From Christensenella sp. UBA4247 (GTDB lineage: Bacteria; Bacillota; Clostridia; Christensenellales; CAG-1252): a DNA stretch of 56,097 nucleotides. Both the position numbers and the translations under genes were made by a program. This document shows positions 55,327-56,097 of this stretch, piece by piece. The notes below the pieces were generated by a model. That model was given only the letters and a program-made list of their open reading frames with translations, searched no databases and had not been told where the DNA came from. The stretch spans positions 1 through 56,097 of the forward strand of contig DGWX01000040.1 of NCBI GenBank assembly GCA_002395405.1. The letters run 5' to 3'. Positions within the stretch are counted from its first letter, which is position 1. Every line of letters begins with the position of its first letter.

Positions 55327-56097
55327 TTATCCGTCATATCTCCCGTCTTTGACTTCGAGGATCAGCGCGCCGAGCTCGCGCGCCGCTTTCTCGCTTTCTT
55401 TGCCCGCCTTCGCGACCATATATTTGCAGATCTTTCCTTTCCTTTCGCGCTTGGCGTATGAGGCGCCCTTGTATTCGAGGAAGGGAGCTTCCATACGGGC
55501 ATACACGTAAAAATAGAAGGTCTTTTTGATCATGGATAAGAGAAGGGGGATCGAGATCAAAACGGACACGCCGCCGCAACCGTAAAACAAATAGGAGAAC
55601 CAGGTTTTCCAATGGCTGCCCGTTACGGCGGGTATATTTACTTTTCCGTGAATAAAGGGCAGGACGATCATCGCCGCGCCGAGAAGCAGGAAAAGCAACC
55701 CGAAAAAGAATTTTAACACGGAGAAGCGAGCGAATTTGCTGAATTTGATGCCCGAAACCTGATCGATGTTGATCTCCGAACGCTCGCCGGCGTTAATGAG
55801 GAGACGCCGATTCGTTAAGCAAACGGTGCCGTCGCCCTTTTTGGAGGAGAGGCAATTATACGTTCGAATCAGTTTCTCGCCTTTTGCGATAATAAAGCCG
55901 GGAACCGCGTCGTTTCCCGAAAGAAGAACGTCCCTATCCAGCTTGTATTTCTTGCGGAGTTTTTTCTCCATTTTGGAATAGCTTTTGCTTTTTTGCGGTT
56001 CGGTATCTCGCGCCGTTTTTTCGCTCGTTTCGGGAGAGATGCTCTCGATCGGTTCGTAATCTTCGCCCGTTTCGCGCTTGATGTCTTTCTTCGCGTC
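55327..56097 (-). CDS. Hypothetical membrane protein, 5' truncated by window
   Basis: The frame stays open from 55971 to the window end (DAKKDIKRETGEDYEP...YSKMEKK); two TM segments inserted in a beta-rich stretch (CLTNRRLLI). Confidence 0.75.
   Translation of the reverse strand, partial: DAKKDIKRETGEDYEPIESISPETSEKTARDTEPQKSKSYSKMEKKLRKKYKLDRDVLLSGNDAVPGFIIAKGEKLIRTYNCLSSKKGDGTVCLTNRRLLINAGERSEINIDQVSGIKFSKFARFSVLKFFFGLLFLLLGAAMIVLPFIHGKVNIPAVTGSHWKTWFSYLFYGCGGVSVLISIPLLLSMIKKTFYFYVYARMEAPFLEYKGASYAKRERKGKICKYMVAKAGKESEKAARELGALILEVKDGRYDG

Overview
Chromosomal window (GC estimated by eye at ~53-55%) from an endospore-forming Clostridia-class firmicute. The gene style resembles uncultured gut Christensenellales-like genomes; this taxonomy is an inference. 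Content is mostly housekeeping and metabolic: queH, rubrerythrin, serS, HU, pgm, holB, ricT/yaaT, uxaBA, radC, galE, an aroF-tyrA-aroA-aroC-chorismate mutase operon, gltX, lepB, nrdD-trxB-nrdG and tmk. Sporulation genes are yabPQ, spmAB and a VanW-family gene. Accessory content is a LanFEG/BcrAB-like ABC transporter, an AT-rich ECF sigma/anti-sigma islet, a 2053-aa lipoprotein and a T4-Imm-like gene. I saw no rRNA, tRNA, CRISPR array, IS or integrase. The strongest unannotated signal is a complete leader-peptide attenuator (MKKQNLFYYAYYFFADLQ, with 1:2, 2:3 and 3:4 helices) in front of the aro operon, where Firmicutes normally use T-boxes. Other notable items are a class III RNR fused to a CPNC redoxin domain with trxB inside its operon, several probably leaderless genes, and two small ORFs absent from the ORF track. 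All family calls come from motif recognition; no database searches were run.
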